From the NCBI GenBank assembly GCA_965204745.1, contig OZ242010.1, forward strand, positions 3,104,001-3,168,000: a stretch of 64,000 nt of DNA, read 5' to 3'. Below are positions 36,343 to 46,538 of the stretch, in pieces. Numbering within the stretch: the first letter of the stretch is position 1; each line of letters opens with the position of its first letter. This DNA comes from Candidatus Latescibacterota bacterium (GTDB lineage: Bacteria > Latescibacterota > UBA2968). The translations under genes were made by a program, and so were the position numbers. The notes beneath the pieces were generated by a model, which saw nothing but the letters and a program-made list of their open reading frames with translations, was not told the DNA's origin and ran no database searches.

Positions 36343-37350
36343 ATGGCGCGTTTTAAGGCCGGTGTGATTGGTTGTGGGGGTCGCGGAAAAGCGCATGCGC
36401 GTGGCTGGACCGCGGCTGACGATGTGGCGCTGGTGGCGTGTGCAGATCCGTTTGAGGCGCCGCGGTTGGCGTATATGGAGGAATTTGGCGTTGAAAATGG
36501 GTACGGAGACTACCGCGCCATGCTGGAGAAAGAGGACTTGGATTTTGTGAGCGTGTGTACTTGGACCGGGTTGCATCACGATATGATTGTGGCTGCGGCG
36601 GGCAGTGGGATTTTGGGGATTCACGCCGAGAAACCCATGGCGCCCACATGGGGAGAGGCGAAGTCCCTGTATCAGGCGTGCGTGGATAACGATGTGGCGA
36701 TTGCGTTTTGCCATCAGAGGCGATTTGCCGGGCAGTTTGTAAAGGCCAAGGAGATCGCAAAGTCCGGCGCGATTGGCGAGTTGCGACGCTTTGAGGGCAA
36801 CTGCCCAAATATGTTCGATTGGGGCACGCACTGGTTTGATATGTTTTTCTTTTACAACGACGATGAACCCGCGGAGTGGGTGATCGGGCAAATTGACGCG
36901 GAAGGCGGGCGCGAGGTTTTTGGAACGCCGGTGGAAGGCAGTGGGATTTCGTGGATTCGGTATCGCAATGGGCGCGAGGGGTTGTTGGCAACCGGCGGCA
37001 CGGGCATGCAGGGCGTTCAGAATCGGTTGATCGGGAGCGAGGGGATCATCGAGATCGGCGGGCGCAATCGACCTCCCCTGCGCGTCGTGTCTAGCACGCG
37101 ACAAGTCGATGTGGATCTCAGCGGCACGATGAGTCAGCGCGATGCGACGACCGCGGCGGTGCTGGACTTGGTCGATGCGGTGAAGAACGGCCGCGAACCC
37201 GAATTGGCAGGGCGCAAGGCTTTGCGAGCAACGGAGTTGATTTTTGCAACATACCAGTCGAGCCGGTGTCGCGGCCGGGTTCAGTTGCCCCTGGAGGTGG
37301 ATGATTCGGCACTGTTGAGTATGCTGGCGGACGGGACGGTTAAATTGTGA
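36343..37350 (+). CDS. Gfo/Idh/MocA oxidoreductase
   Basis: GVIGCG, AEKPMA, DWGTHWFD. Confidence 0.88.
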   Translation: MARFKAGVIGCGGRGKAHARGWTAADDVALVACADPFEAPRLAYMEEFGVENGYGDYRAMLEKEDLDFVSVCTWTGLHHDMIVAAAGSGILGIHAEKPMAPTWGEAKSLYQACVDNDVAIAFCHQRRFAGQFVKAKEIAKSGAIGELRRFEGNCPNMFDWGTHWFDMFFFYNDDEPAEWVIGQIDAEGGREVFGTPVEGSGISWIRYRNGREGLLATGGTGMQGVQNRLIGSEGIIEIGGRNRPPLRVVSSTRQVDVDLSGTMSQRDATTAAVLDLVDAVKNGREPELAGRKALRATELIFATYQSSRCRGRVQLPLEVDDSALLSMLADGTVKL

Positions 37351-37406
37351 GACTCGAGAGGAGAGATGGTCACCCTGCCCTTTCCCGTCTGCCCTCTTGC
37401 GTCTTT

Positions 37407-38084
37407 TCACGCCTTTACGTTTTCCGTGACCACATGGCCGTCGAACAGGTGGATGATGCGATGGGCGTAGCTGGCGTCGTGGGCGTTGTGCGTGACCATG
37501 ACGATGGTCGTGCCGTTTTTGTTCAACTCCGTCAACAAGTCCATCACCTCATTGCCATTTGTCGAGTCCAAGTTGCCGGTCGGCTCGTCGGCGAGGATGA
37601 TGTTGGGATTTGAAATGACGGCGCGCGCCACGGCCACGCGCTGTTGCTGACCGCCTGACAACTGCTGCGGAAAGTGCTTTTCGCGGTGCTTGATGCCCAT
37701 GTATTCCAGCGATTCGTCCAAGCGTTTTTTGCGCTCGCTTGATGGCAGTCCCATGTACAACAGGGGCAATTCCACGTTTTCGGCGACGGTCAGTTCGTCG
37801 ATCAGGTTGAAACTCTGAAACACGAAGCCGATGTTTTCCTTGCGGGTGTTGGCGCGCTGCCGTTCGGTGTGTTTAGACACCTCGCTATCGTTCAAATAGT
37901 ACTCCCCACCCGTCGGGTTATCCAACAACCCGAGCACGTTCAAGAGCGTGGATTTGCCGCAACCGGACGGCCCCATAATGGCGACAAATTCACCCTCGTT
38001 GATCTCCAAATTGACGTTGTTCAGCGCGGTCGTTTCCACTTCCTCTGTGGTATAGACTTTTTGGAGACTGACGGTTTTGATCAT
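37407..38084 (-). CDS. ABC exporter ATP-binding protein (MacB/LolD-like)
   Basis: GPSGCGKST, LSGGQQQRV, ILADEPTGNLD. Confidence 0.95.
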   Translation of the reverse strand: MIKTVSLQKVYTTEEVETTALNNVNLEINEGEFVAIMGPSGCGKSTLLNVLGLLDNPTGGEYYLNDSEVSKHTERQRANTRKENIGFVFQSFNLIDELTVAENVELPLLYMGLPSSERKKRLDESLEYMGIKHREKHFPQQLSGGQQQRVAVARAVISNPNIILADEPTGNLDSTNGNEVMDLLTELNKNGTTIVMVTHNAHDASYAHRIIHLFDGHVVTENVKA

Positions 38085-38114
38085 GGCGAAACTCCTTTCA
38101 AAAGGTGAGACGTG

Positions 38115-39476
38115 TTACCTCTTCAACACCAATTTGTCTATCTCTTCGTAATTCTCATACGACGAAGTCACCACGCGGTCACCGGGAGATAGGCCGGAGA
38201 GGACTTCGAAATACTCTGGGCTTTGGCGGCCAATACGCACGTCGCGGCGCACGGCATTGTCGCCTTCAACCACAAATACCCAGTTGCCACCCGTGGTTTG
38301 GTAAAAACCACCGCGTGCCAGCAGAAGGGCTTCTTCGGGCGCGTCGAGTTCCAAGCGGATTTGCTCGGTTTGGCCGCGGCGAATACTCCTGGGGGTCTCG
38401 TTCACAAAATCCATATCGACTTCAAATTGCCCCTCGACGACTTCGGGAAAGACCCGGCGGATTTTGAGCTCGTAAATCTCATCGCCGATCTCAATCGTGC
38501 CTTTGAGGCCCCTGGTGATGCGCGTGATGTAAAATTCATCGATGCCCACGCGCAACTTGTAAGCATCCAAAACATCCACCTGACCGATGCGCCTGCCCTT
38601 GTTCATCAACTGGCCGATCTCGACGTTGAGTTGCGACAGCTGCCCTTTGATGGGCGCGCGCACGACCAGATTTTGTAGTGGGCGGCGCACGTCGTCCAAT
38701 TGCCGCTGCAAACTGCGCGCGCGCGTGTCGAGTGCCGCGAGTTGGTTGATGCGATACAGGGAATCCTGCCGCACGGTTTCCAGCATGAAGGTCTTGCGCT
38801 TTTGGTCGTTTTGGTATCGGTCGCGCGCGCTTTCAAAATTGTCTTGGGAGCCCAGCCCGCGTTCAAATAAAATTTTTTGTTTTTCGTATTGGCGTTCGGT
38901 TTCCCGCAAAGCCAGTTCCACGCGCATCAGTTCTTGGCGGTTGCGAATGGCTTGAGACGCCAAGTTCAACCGCGTGTTTTCCATGTTGTTGATCTGCTCG
39001 AACAAGCGGGCTTCTTGGGTCAAGATAGTCTGCTCCAACGTCGGATTGGACAACTGCAAAATGGGCGTGCCTTTCTCGACAATCGCGCCTTCTTCCAAGA
39101 AAATCTCCCTGACCTGCCCGCCTTCGAGCGCGTCGATATAATGCGTTTGAATGGGCAACACAGTGCCGCGCTGGACGATGAACTCCTGAAACGGCCCGCG
39201 CGTGACGTCTGAAATGGTGATCCGCTCGACCTGCACGTTGAGTTTCGCGCTGTGGTCCCCAAAGACCGCCATATACGCCACGGCGATCACAAATGCGGCA
39301 GCCGCGCCGATGCTCGCAACGCGCTTTGGGGTCCACATCTTTTTTTCGAGTTTGCGATCCATGCCCTCGATGATCGGTTCCGATTCCGGCGATGCAGAAC
39401 CGCCGCCCACAAAACTGGGCACGGTTTTTTTTCGCTGAGGGGCGTCGGGCTTTTGTTCGAGCTTTTGCATGTTCAT
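38115..39476 (-). CDS. Efflux periplasmic adaptor (HlyD/MacA-like)
   Basis: TM anchor, coiled coil, RAPIKGQL, GGFYQTTGG. Confidence 0.85.
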   Translation of the reverse strand: MNMQKLEQKPDAPQRKKTVPSFVGGGSASPESEPIIEGMDRKLEKKMWTPKRVASIGAAAAFVIAVAYMAVFGDHSAKLNVQVERITISDVTRGPFQEFIVQRGTVLPIQTHYIDALEGGQVREIFLEEGAIVEKGTPILQLSNPTLEQTILTQEARLFEQINNMENTRLNLASQAIRNRQELMRVELALRETERQYEKQKILFERGLGSQDNFESARDRYQNDQKRKTFMLETVRQDSLYRINQLAALDTRARSLQRQLDDVRRPLQNLVVRAPIKGQLSQLNVEIGQLMNKGRRIGQVDVLDAYKLRVGIDEFYITRITRGLKGTIEIGDEIYELKIRRVFPEVVEGQFEVDMDFVNETPRSIRRGQTEQIRLELDAPEEALLLARGGFYQTTGGNWVFVVEGDNAVRRDVRIGRQSPEYFEVLSGLSPGDRVVTSSYENYEEIDKLVLKR

Positions 39477-39542
39477 ATCCTCGGTTTGGGTTTGGACTTC
39501 GCGAAAAAGAAAATAGGCATTCTTTGCAAAATATCAAATCGC

Positions 39543-41960
39543 TTATTCATACCGCAACGCATCTACGGGATTGCGGCGGGCGTCTTTCAGGGTTTGGATA
39601 TTCACGGTGAGCAGTGCGACCAACAGGGTCAGGATGCCCGCGATGGCAAAGACGCCCGCGCCCAGTTCGATGCGATACGCGAAATTGGTCAACCATCTGT
39701 CCATCATCCAATAGGCAACGGGCCAAGCAATGACATTGGCGACCAACGGCAATTTGATGAAATTTTTGGACAACGACCACATCACCTGGCTCGCTGACGC
39801 GCCGAGCACCTTCCGAATCCCGATCTCCTTTGTCCTTCGCGCAACCGACAACGATGCCAGCCCAAACAATCCCAAACACGAAAGCGCGACTGCCATGAGG
39901 GCCGAATAGATCAACACGCGAAACCAATAGACCTCATTGGCGTATTGCCGGTTCAGGCGTTCATCGAGAAACGCGAATTCAAAAGGCTCGTTGGGGGCCA
40001 CGCGTTTCCAAGTGCTTTTGAGCAGCTCAACGGTTTCAAATACGTGCCCGGGGCGGATGCGAACCAACACGGATGGGGCGGTTGTGTACTTTTCCAGCAC
40101 CAAGGCCAGGGGCATAATTTGTTTGTGCAGTGAGTCCAGGTGAAAATCGCGCACCACGCCAATAATCGCGGGGTCTTTAATGCCTTGCCGACTGTGGCCC
40201 GCATTCCAAACAAAGCCGGTCAGGGTTTTCCCCACTGGGTTCTCGATGCCCAACTGCTTTGCCATCGTCTCATTGATCGCGATAGCTTGGGTCAAATCTG
40301 CCGGACGGTCTTTTGAAAAATCTCGCCCAGCGAGGAGTGAAATCTCCAAAGTAGATAGATAATCGACATCGATGCCAATTACCCCGAAGGCGATCTTCCG
40401 CCCGTCGGGCAAGGTGTGATGTCTCCGCGAGTAAGAACCCGTGAACGGGCGGTCCGTAACGGCGACCCCCGCGATTCGCGCGTCGTTGGCAATGGCCTGC
40501 TTATAGGGTCTAACTGTCTGCCGAGTTGCCTGAACGATGGCGACATGCGATTTGTTAAAGCCCAAGTTTTTGTTCCGCACGTAATTTTGTTGTTGAATCA
40601 TCACGCCCGCGCCGATGATCAGGGCGATAGATGCGGCGTATTGCAAAATGATCAAGGTGCGCGTGAGCGGGTTGCGCCCGCCAATGCGCGCTTCCCCTTT
40701 CATGGCAGAAATGGGTTGAAACCGCGACAAGACCCAGGCGGGATAACTGCCGGCGATGAGCCCGACAGCGCCGAACAAGACCAGCAAAATCCACCCGTCT
40801 TCAAAATACGCAAAGGTCAACTCTCGATGTACAAATTCGTTGAACACGGGCAAAAGCACTTCGGCAAATGAGGCCCCCAAGAACAGGCTCAAAAAGCTCA
40901 GCAGCAGGGTTTCTAGCCAAAACTGCACGATGAGTTGCTCGCGTTTGGCCCCCATCACCTTCCGCAACCCCACTTCCATAGCCCTGTCGGAAGACTCTGC
41001 GACCGACAAGGAGATGAAGTTGCAGCAAGCGATGAGCAGGATCAGCCACGCCAGCCCGCCCAAAGTATAAACCCCCGTTGGGTTGGCCTGTGGGCCGTAG
41101 TGATTGGGAATGTCCGTGTTCCAGTACACATCCATCATGGGTTGCAGGACAAAGTTGAACGGTTTGTTCTCGTTCACTATCTCTTCTCGCAACTTCTCTT
41201 TTTTGGGCCAATGATCGAGGGCTTCGAGCACGCGAGACGCAGTTGTAGCGGTTGTTTGGACATAGACCCAGGCACGCACGCCGCGATGGCCTCTGGCAAG
41301 CGCGAAGCCTTTTTCGGCTTTTGTCGAAACCAACGCGTCGAATTGAAGGCTCGAGGTCGTCGGGACATCTGCCATGACCCCGGTTACGACAAACCGATTG
41401 GGCTGGCTTTTATTTATCGTTAGCACCTGTCCGATTAGCGCGGCGTAATCCGGCATCTCGCCAAAAAATTTGTGGGCGGTCGTTTGCGCGATCACCATGC
41501 CATCGGGGCGGTTGAGCGCCGTTTGGGGATTTCCGGCCAGCAGTGGAAACGAGAACACATCGAAAAAATTCGCGCTCACAATCCCGATGGTCTGATCGAA
41601 CGTCTTCTCGCCCATCGCGATTTTGCTCCCGTAACCACTGCCTACAGTTCGCATAAATGCACAGGCTTGCACGACACTCGGGATATCATTTTTCACGTCA
41701 TCGACGAGCGAAAGCGGAAACATCGTATCCCAAATGTTCATTGGAATGACCTGCCCATCGGGTTGCACCCGTTGCATCGCCAGCCGGAACAACTGGTCGC
41801 GCTTCTCGTGAAACTGGTCGCGTGACCATTCGTGTTTGACGAACAACGTCATCAAGATACAACACGCAAGCCCCAAGCCGAGGCCAAACACGTTGATAAA
41901 CGCATAGCGTTTCTTTCGCATCATATTGCGAATCGCGGATGTCAGATAGCTCCTCAACAT
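39543..41960 (-). CDS. ABC transporter permease (duplicated MacB/FtsX type)
   Basis: INVFGL, EVGLRKVMGA, RTKEIGIRKVLGAS, NPVDALRYE. Confidence 0.92.
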   Translation of the reverse strand: MLRSYLTSAIRNMMRKKRYAFINVFGLGLGLACCILMTLFVKHEWSRDQFHEKRDQLFRLAMQRVQPDGQVIPMNIWDTMFPLSLVDDVKNDIPSVVQACAFMRTVGSGYGSKIAMGEKTFDQTIGIVSANFFDVFSFPLLAGNPQTALNRPDGMVIAQTTAHKFFGEMPDYAALIGQVLTINKSQPNRFVVTGVMADVPTTSSLQFDALVSTKAEKGFALARGHRGVRAWVYVQTTATTASRVLEALDHWPKKEKLREEIVNENKPFNFVLQPMMDVYWNTDIPNHYGPQANPTGVYTLGGLAWLILLIACCNFISLSVAESSDRAMEVGLRKVMGAKREQLIVQFWLETLLLSFLSLFLGASFAEVLLPVFNEFVHRELTFAYFEDGWILLVLFGAVGLIAGSYPAWVLSRFQPISAMKGEARIGGRNPLTRTLIILQYAASIALIIGAGVMIQQQNYVRNKNLGFNKSHVAIVQATRQTVRPYKQAIANDARIAGVAVTDRPFTGSYSRRHHTLPDGRKIAFGVIGIDVDYLSTLEISLLAGRDFSKDRPADLTQAIAINETMAKQLGIENPVGKTLTGFVWNAGHSRQGIKDPAIIGVVRDFHLDSLHKQIMPLALVLEKYTTAPSVLVRIRPGHVFETVELLKSTWKRVAPNEPFEFAFLDERLNRQYANEVYWFRVLIYSALMAVALSCLGLFGLASLSVARRTKEIGIRKVLGASASQVMWSLSKNFIKLPLVANVIAWPVAYWMMDRWLTNFAYRIELGAGVFAIAGILTLLVALLTVNIQTLKDARRNPVDALRYE

Positions 41961-42039
41961 CGTTCTGCTCCTCTCTCGGTTTCCCGTCTTCCCTCTCCCC
42001 TCTTCCCTCTTACCGAAGGGGGTTGGGCGGGGCGGAGAC

Positions 42040-42594
42040 CTAATCCTGATTTTCCAACGCGCGTTTCAACTGGTGCCGCCCGCGATAGAGCCAGATTTTC
42101 ACTGTGCCGATGGGCACTTGCATCTCCTGCACGATTTCCCGATACGACAAATCTTTCATATACCGGAGCCACAGGGCGCGTTGTTGCGCTTTGGGCAAGG
42201 TGTCCAAGCCTTGGGTCAAGCGTTGGCGACGTTCTCGTTTCATGATGCGATCTTCGGGCGTTGCGAATGGAATCGGTTCGGGCATTTGTTGCGCCACGGT
42301 TGCCATGCCATTTTGCTGCGATTGCCGCGAGCGCAGATGCGAGCGTCCGACATTGAACGCGATGCGGGTCAGCCATGTCGTAAAAGCCGATTCGCCGCGA
42401 AACAGGCGCAAGCCCTGAAAGACCTTCATAAACACGATTTGCGTCAAATCTTCGGCTTCGTCTCGGTTCTGCACATATCGCCTGACAATGGCGCGCACGC
42501 GATTTTGGTGCAAACGGTAAAGCCTGTCAAACGCGCTTTTGTCGCCGGCTTTTATCATGTCGATCAACTGCACATCGCTTTCCAAACGGGACAC
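42040..42594 (-). CDS. ECF RNA polymerase sigma factor
   Basis: AEDLTQ, FRGESAFTTWLTRIAFN, LSYREI...GTVK; GTG 42594 after GAGG. Confidence 0.88.
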   Translation of the reverse strand: MSRLESDVQLIDMIKAGDKSAFDRLYRLHQNRVRAIVRRYVQNRDEAEDLTQIVFMKVFQGLRLFRGESAFTTWLTRIAFNVGRSHLRSRQSQQNGMATVAQQMPEPIPFATPEDRIMKRERRQRLTQGLDTLPKAQQRALWLRYMKDLSYREIVQEMQVPIGTVKIWLYRGRHQLKRALENQD

Positions 42595-42655
42595 GGGGAC
42601 CTCACTTTGTTTTGGGAAATCACACAACGGACTGCACCCGGTTGCAAATTCTATA

Positions 42656-42671
42656 TGCAATAACCGTGCCA
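42656..42671 (-). promoter_or_regulatory. Sigma54 -24/-12 promoter
   Basis: TGGCACGGTTATTGCA (GG-N10-GC) on the minus strand, ~60 bp upstream of the ECF gene. Confidence 0.8.
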
Positions 42672-42745
42672 AAAATAGGTAAAAAATCAAATGATGAAAT
42701 AACAAGGAGTTACGAAAAACCACCTGAAACCATCCGCTTGGAAAG

Positions 42746-42782
42746 TGTCCGATTATGAGACAGTGGTGTCCGAAAATGAACA
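42746..42782. promoter_or_regulatory. Tandem upstream activator sites for an enhancer-binding protein
   Basis: TGTCCGATTATGAGACA and TGTCCGAAAATGAACA, starts 21 bp apart; AT-rich IHF-like tract between them and the promoter. Confidence 0.6.
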
Positions 42783-43199
42783 GTACAAAAAAAAGCAACC
42801 ACCGATGAACACGGATGAACGCAGATGAAAAGTTTGATTTTCTATTATCCGTATCCTGCCTTCCATCAAAGATAAATGAGGAACAGAAGTTCCATACGAA
42901 TCATTCTTTTTTTAGCGTTTGATCCTACAGCCTCGTTGGTTGCCTTTGATGCCTTCGGCGACCTACTTTTTTTCAACAGCAAAAAAAAGTAGGCGAGCGG
43001 GGTACAACTGCCCTAGCAGTTCAAAAATGCCGCTCTCAAACGCCGAGGGGCTTGCACAGCGCAAATCGCTTTTGTAACAGAACGACATGTGTTGGCCTGC
43101 AAGGTGGGTTGCAAGATGGATGTGGGTTGCGAGACGGCCTTGCGCGCTGTGCGTGATGGCTTGATTCGGAGGGGTTTTGCGAGAGCATCTGTTGTGATT

Positions 43200-43372
43200 T
43201 ATCTGAACTGCATAACGTCAGTGAATACGATGAGCGTGGTAGCAAAAGCGATGAAGCTGAAGGAGCGACTGGCCGAGTTTCTCAAACCGAGAGCATATCC
43301 TGCGATATGGCTCAATTTTTTCCATAAACCGCTCAAGCTAGTTGCATGGCTCGTAAATGGCAACACGACCTA
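43200..43372 (-). mobile_element. IS5-like MITE remnant (one terminal repeat plus decayed transposase 3' piece)
   Basis: Ends AAATGGCAACACGACCTA; minus strand encodes LERF..YRRICSRFEKL; homologous to 44010-44121 and 60702-60880. Confidence 0.6.
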
Positions 43373-43692
43373 AGTATTACACCATGTCAGCACCTGTAGT
43401 CAGTAGCAGACCCCGTGGCCGCCTGAGATACGAAGCGTGACCCGGGACAGCGGTTCTGATAGCTGTTGCGGGAATGCGGTTGGGAATATAATTTGTGCTG
43501 CGATTGTTTCGTTGCTCGCCCCCTGATGTGCGCGGGGAAACCAAAAAGTCACTGGACTCCGGCCCCTGCTTTAAGCATATAGGGACATGCTTTCGCTCGC
43601 GTGACGGACGGATGGCTGACCGCTCGGGGATTGGTTTTCTCCCCCAGCACATACATTGCCTTGGGGCGGAAGGGTGGGGACTGATGACTGAC

Positions 43693-44121
43693 TAGGTCGT
43701 GTTGACATTTCATTTTTTTTCCGTTACGCACAGAGTAGCAAATGTGTTGCTTGCTCATTTAAGGCGTTTCCTTTGATGGCTTCTCGCTCTGGTTGCTCTG
43801 ATGGCGTTGACCGAGGGGACCTATCCCCCGGCCCCTTTCCTAAGAGGAAAGGGGAGTAAAGCTCCTTTGATGGCTTATCTCAAGGGTTGCTCTGATGGCG
43901 TGGCACGAGGGCATAAAGCGATTAAATATCCCTCATCAATCCCCTCGCAAAACCGCTCACAGTTCCCCCTTCCTCGCAGGAAGGGGGGTTAGGGGGGTAG
44001 GTCCCGATAAGGAGCGACTGTTTCAGTTTCTCAAACCGAGAGCATATTCTGCGATAGGGCTTGATTTTCTCGATAAACCGCTCAAGCCAGTTGCATGGCT
44101 CGTAAATGTCAACACGACCTA
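43693..44121. mobile_element. MITE with perfect 18-bp terminal IRs carrying a REP cluster
   Basis: TAGGTCGTGTTGACATTT / AAATGTCAACACGACCTA; inserted at the TA of an ACTGACTA repeat. Confidence 0.8.
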
Positions 44122-44600
44122 CTGACTACTGACTACTTGGACGGTGGCGGGGGGCTACCTCACCTCTCCCGTCTTGCCTCTCACCGAAGGGGGTTAGGCG
44201 GGATGGGAACTGACGACTGACGACTGACGACTGACGACTGACGACTGACGACTGACGACTGACGACTTGGACGGTGGCGGGGGGTTGCCTCACCTCTCCC
44301 ATCTTACGTCTCACTGAAGGGGGTTGGGCGGTGGCGGGGGGCTGCCTCCCTTCTCCCTTCTTGTCTCTTTGGGCGAGCACAGAGGCATCGCCCCTACAAA
44401 CACTTTTGTGTTTTTGTGCCTTTGAACTAGCTGTCGCCAGTTGTACCCCTTTTGTGCCTTTTGTGGCTAAAATCCCATCTTACGTCTCACTGAAGGGGGT
44501 TGGGCGGTGGCGGGGGGCTGCCTCCCTTCTCCCTTCTCACCTCTCCCGTCTTGCCTCTCACCTCTCCCGTCTCACCTCTCACCTTTTTCCGGTTCACACC

Positions 44601-45761
44601 ATGACACACTACCCTCCGGTTCGTGCGATTACTCGAGGGCCCAAATACCACTGGTTTGGGTATTACGACAAGTGGCAAATGGATGCGACCTGCCGGTACG
44701 CGCTGGGTATGGAAGTTGATTTTGAACACAGGGCCCCGTCGGCAAATGATACGGTCGCGCTTGGGCTGATCGACATGGAAGATGGCGATGCGTGGTTGGA
44801 AATCGGGCGCACGCGGGCGTGGTGCTGGCAACAGGGTTGTATGCTCCAATGGATTCCCAACTCGAGCACGGATGTGATTTACAACGACCGCGAAGGGGAT
44901 GCGTTTGTCGCGCGTGTACACAATGTCGAGACGAGTGCAGTCCGTACCCTGCCATGCGCGATTTACGCGCTCGCGCCGGATGGCAAGACCGCGATTGGGG
45001 CGGATTTTCGGCGCATCAACCACATGCGGCCCGGGTATGGGTACGCGGGCATTCCCGATCCCAACCGCGATGTGTGCGCGCCCGACGACGTGGGGATTTA
45101 CGTCGTGAATCTCGAGACTGGAGCCGCAGAGCTCATCGTCACCATCGCGGATATCGCCGCGATCCCCTATCCGCATGGCGATATTTCCGGGGCGCGTCAT
45201 TATTTTAATCACCTGCTGTTTAATCCGGATGGGGCGCGCTTTGTGTTTTTGCACCGCTGGCGATTTGCACGGGGCAACTTTCACACGCGCATGATGACGG
45301 CGAATGTCGATGGGTCAAATGTGCATGTCGTTGACGACTACGGCAAAATGTCGCACTTTATATGGCGCGATCCCCACGCCATTCTCGGCTGGGCGTATCA
45401 CCCGTCGCACGGCAACAAATTCTATCTGTACCGCGATCTCACCGATGCGGAGCCAGAAGTTATCGGCGCGGATGCGATGACGGTCAATGGTCACTGCACG
45501 TATTTGCCGGGCAATAGATGGATCCTCAATGACTCCTATCCTTCGGGAGACCAGCGCGATCAGGTGCCCTATCTCTATCGAGTCGATACGGGCGAGCGCG
45601 TCGACCTCGGGATTTTCCCGTCGCCAGAACCCTATACCGGCGAATGGCGTTGTGACCTGCACCCGCGCTTTAGCCCAGATGGGCAATTTGTCGTGATCGA
45701 TTCGGCGCACATGGGCAATGGGCGGCAGATGTATCGGATTGAGATTGGAGATATCGCGTAG
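44601..45761 (+). CDS. Beta-propeller protein (oligogalacturonate lyase/TolB-like)
   Basis: HWFGYYD, WCWQQGCMLQW, RCDLHPRFSPDG. Confidence 0.65.
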   Translation: MTHYPPVRAITRGPKYHWFGYYDKWQMDATCRYALGMEVDFEHRAPSANDTVALGLIDMEDGDAWLEIGRTRAWCWQQGCMLQWIPNSSTDVIYNDREGDAFVARVHNVETSAVRTLPCAIYALAPDGKTAIGADFRRINHMRPGYGYAGIPDPNRDVCAPDDVGIYVVNLETGAAELIVTIADIAAIPYPHGDISGARHYFNHLLFNPDGARFVFLHRWRFARGNFHTRMMTANVDGSNVHVVDDYGKMSHFIWRDPHAILGWAYHPSHGNKFYLYRDLTDAEPEVIGADAMTVNGHCTYLPGNRWILNDSYPSGDQRDQVPYLYRVDTGERVDLGIFPSPEPYTGEWRCDLHPRFSPDGQFVVIDSAHMGNGRQMYRIEIGDIA

Positions 45762-45787
45762 GCTTTCACAAGCGGGGAGAGATTGTC

Positions 45788-46525
45788 ATGGCCGTAGCCA
45801 AATCCGCACTCACACAACGAGAAATTGTGCACTTTCGCACCCAAGGGTACCTCGGTCCCTATCCGCTGTGTTCGGCCGAGGAGATGGCGGATTTGCGCCC
45901 GGCCATTGAACGAGTGCTCGAAACCGATCCGCCGGATGCCAAAAACCGCATTCACAACCGGCACTTGGACAGCCGAGTCATTTACGATTTGTCAACGCAT
46001 GCCGAGATTCTCAACCGCATGGTTTGCCTGTACGGCGCGGACCTGTTGTTGTGGCGCACTAATTTTTTCATCAAATACAAGGGCACCCGCGCCATCCCTT
46101 GGCATCAGGATTTCAACTATTGGCCGCTCGAGCCGCCCATTATCATTTCGGCGTGGATCGCGGTGGATGCTTCGACTCGGGAGAACGGAAATTTGCAACT
46201 CATTCCCGGCTCGCACCGCAAGGTGATCCCCCATGTCAAAGCCACGCCCGACGTGCAATTTCAAGAGATGGCAGACGCGGGCTATTACGACCCCGATCAC
46301 CTCATCGACCTCGAAATGCAACCCGGCGAATTTATCCTTTTTAATGAGCGCACCCTGCATCACTCCAAAGCCAACCACTCTAATCTGCGGCGCATTGGCC
46401 TAGCCGTGCGCGTGATCCCTCCCATCGTCCACGTTCTCAAATACGATTCCGCAGACCACGCCCTTCAGGTCATCCGCGGCGGAGATACGATGGGATTTAA
46501 CCGACTCACGTCGCCGCCAAAATGA
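45788..46525 (+). CDS. PhyH family dioxygenase
   Basis: PWHQD, ENGNLQLIPGSH, LHHS. Confidence 0.9.
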   Translation: MAVAKSALTQREIVHFRTQGYLGPYPLCSAEEMADLRPAIERVLETDPPDAKNRIHNRHLDSRVIYDLSTHAEILNRMVCLYGADLLLWRTNFFIKYKGTRAIPWHQDFNYWPLEPPIIISAWIAVDASTRENGNLQLIPGSHRKVIPHVKATPDVQFQEMADAGYYDPDHLIDLEMQPGEFILFNERTLHHSKANHSNLRRIGLAVRVIPPIVHVLKYDSADHALQVIRGGDTMGFNRLTSPPK

Positions 46526-46538
46526 AAGGATCATACCC

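Noticed and set aside
44274-44600. N-terminal extensions in the ORF track (also 5125, 20788, 42798, 54594, 58734)
   Set aside because: They run through repeats or neighbouring genes; downstream starts fit the protein families better.
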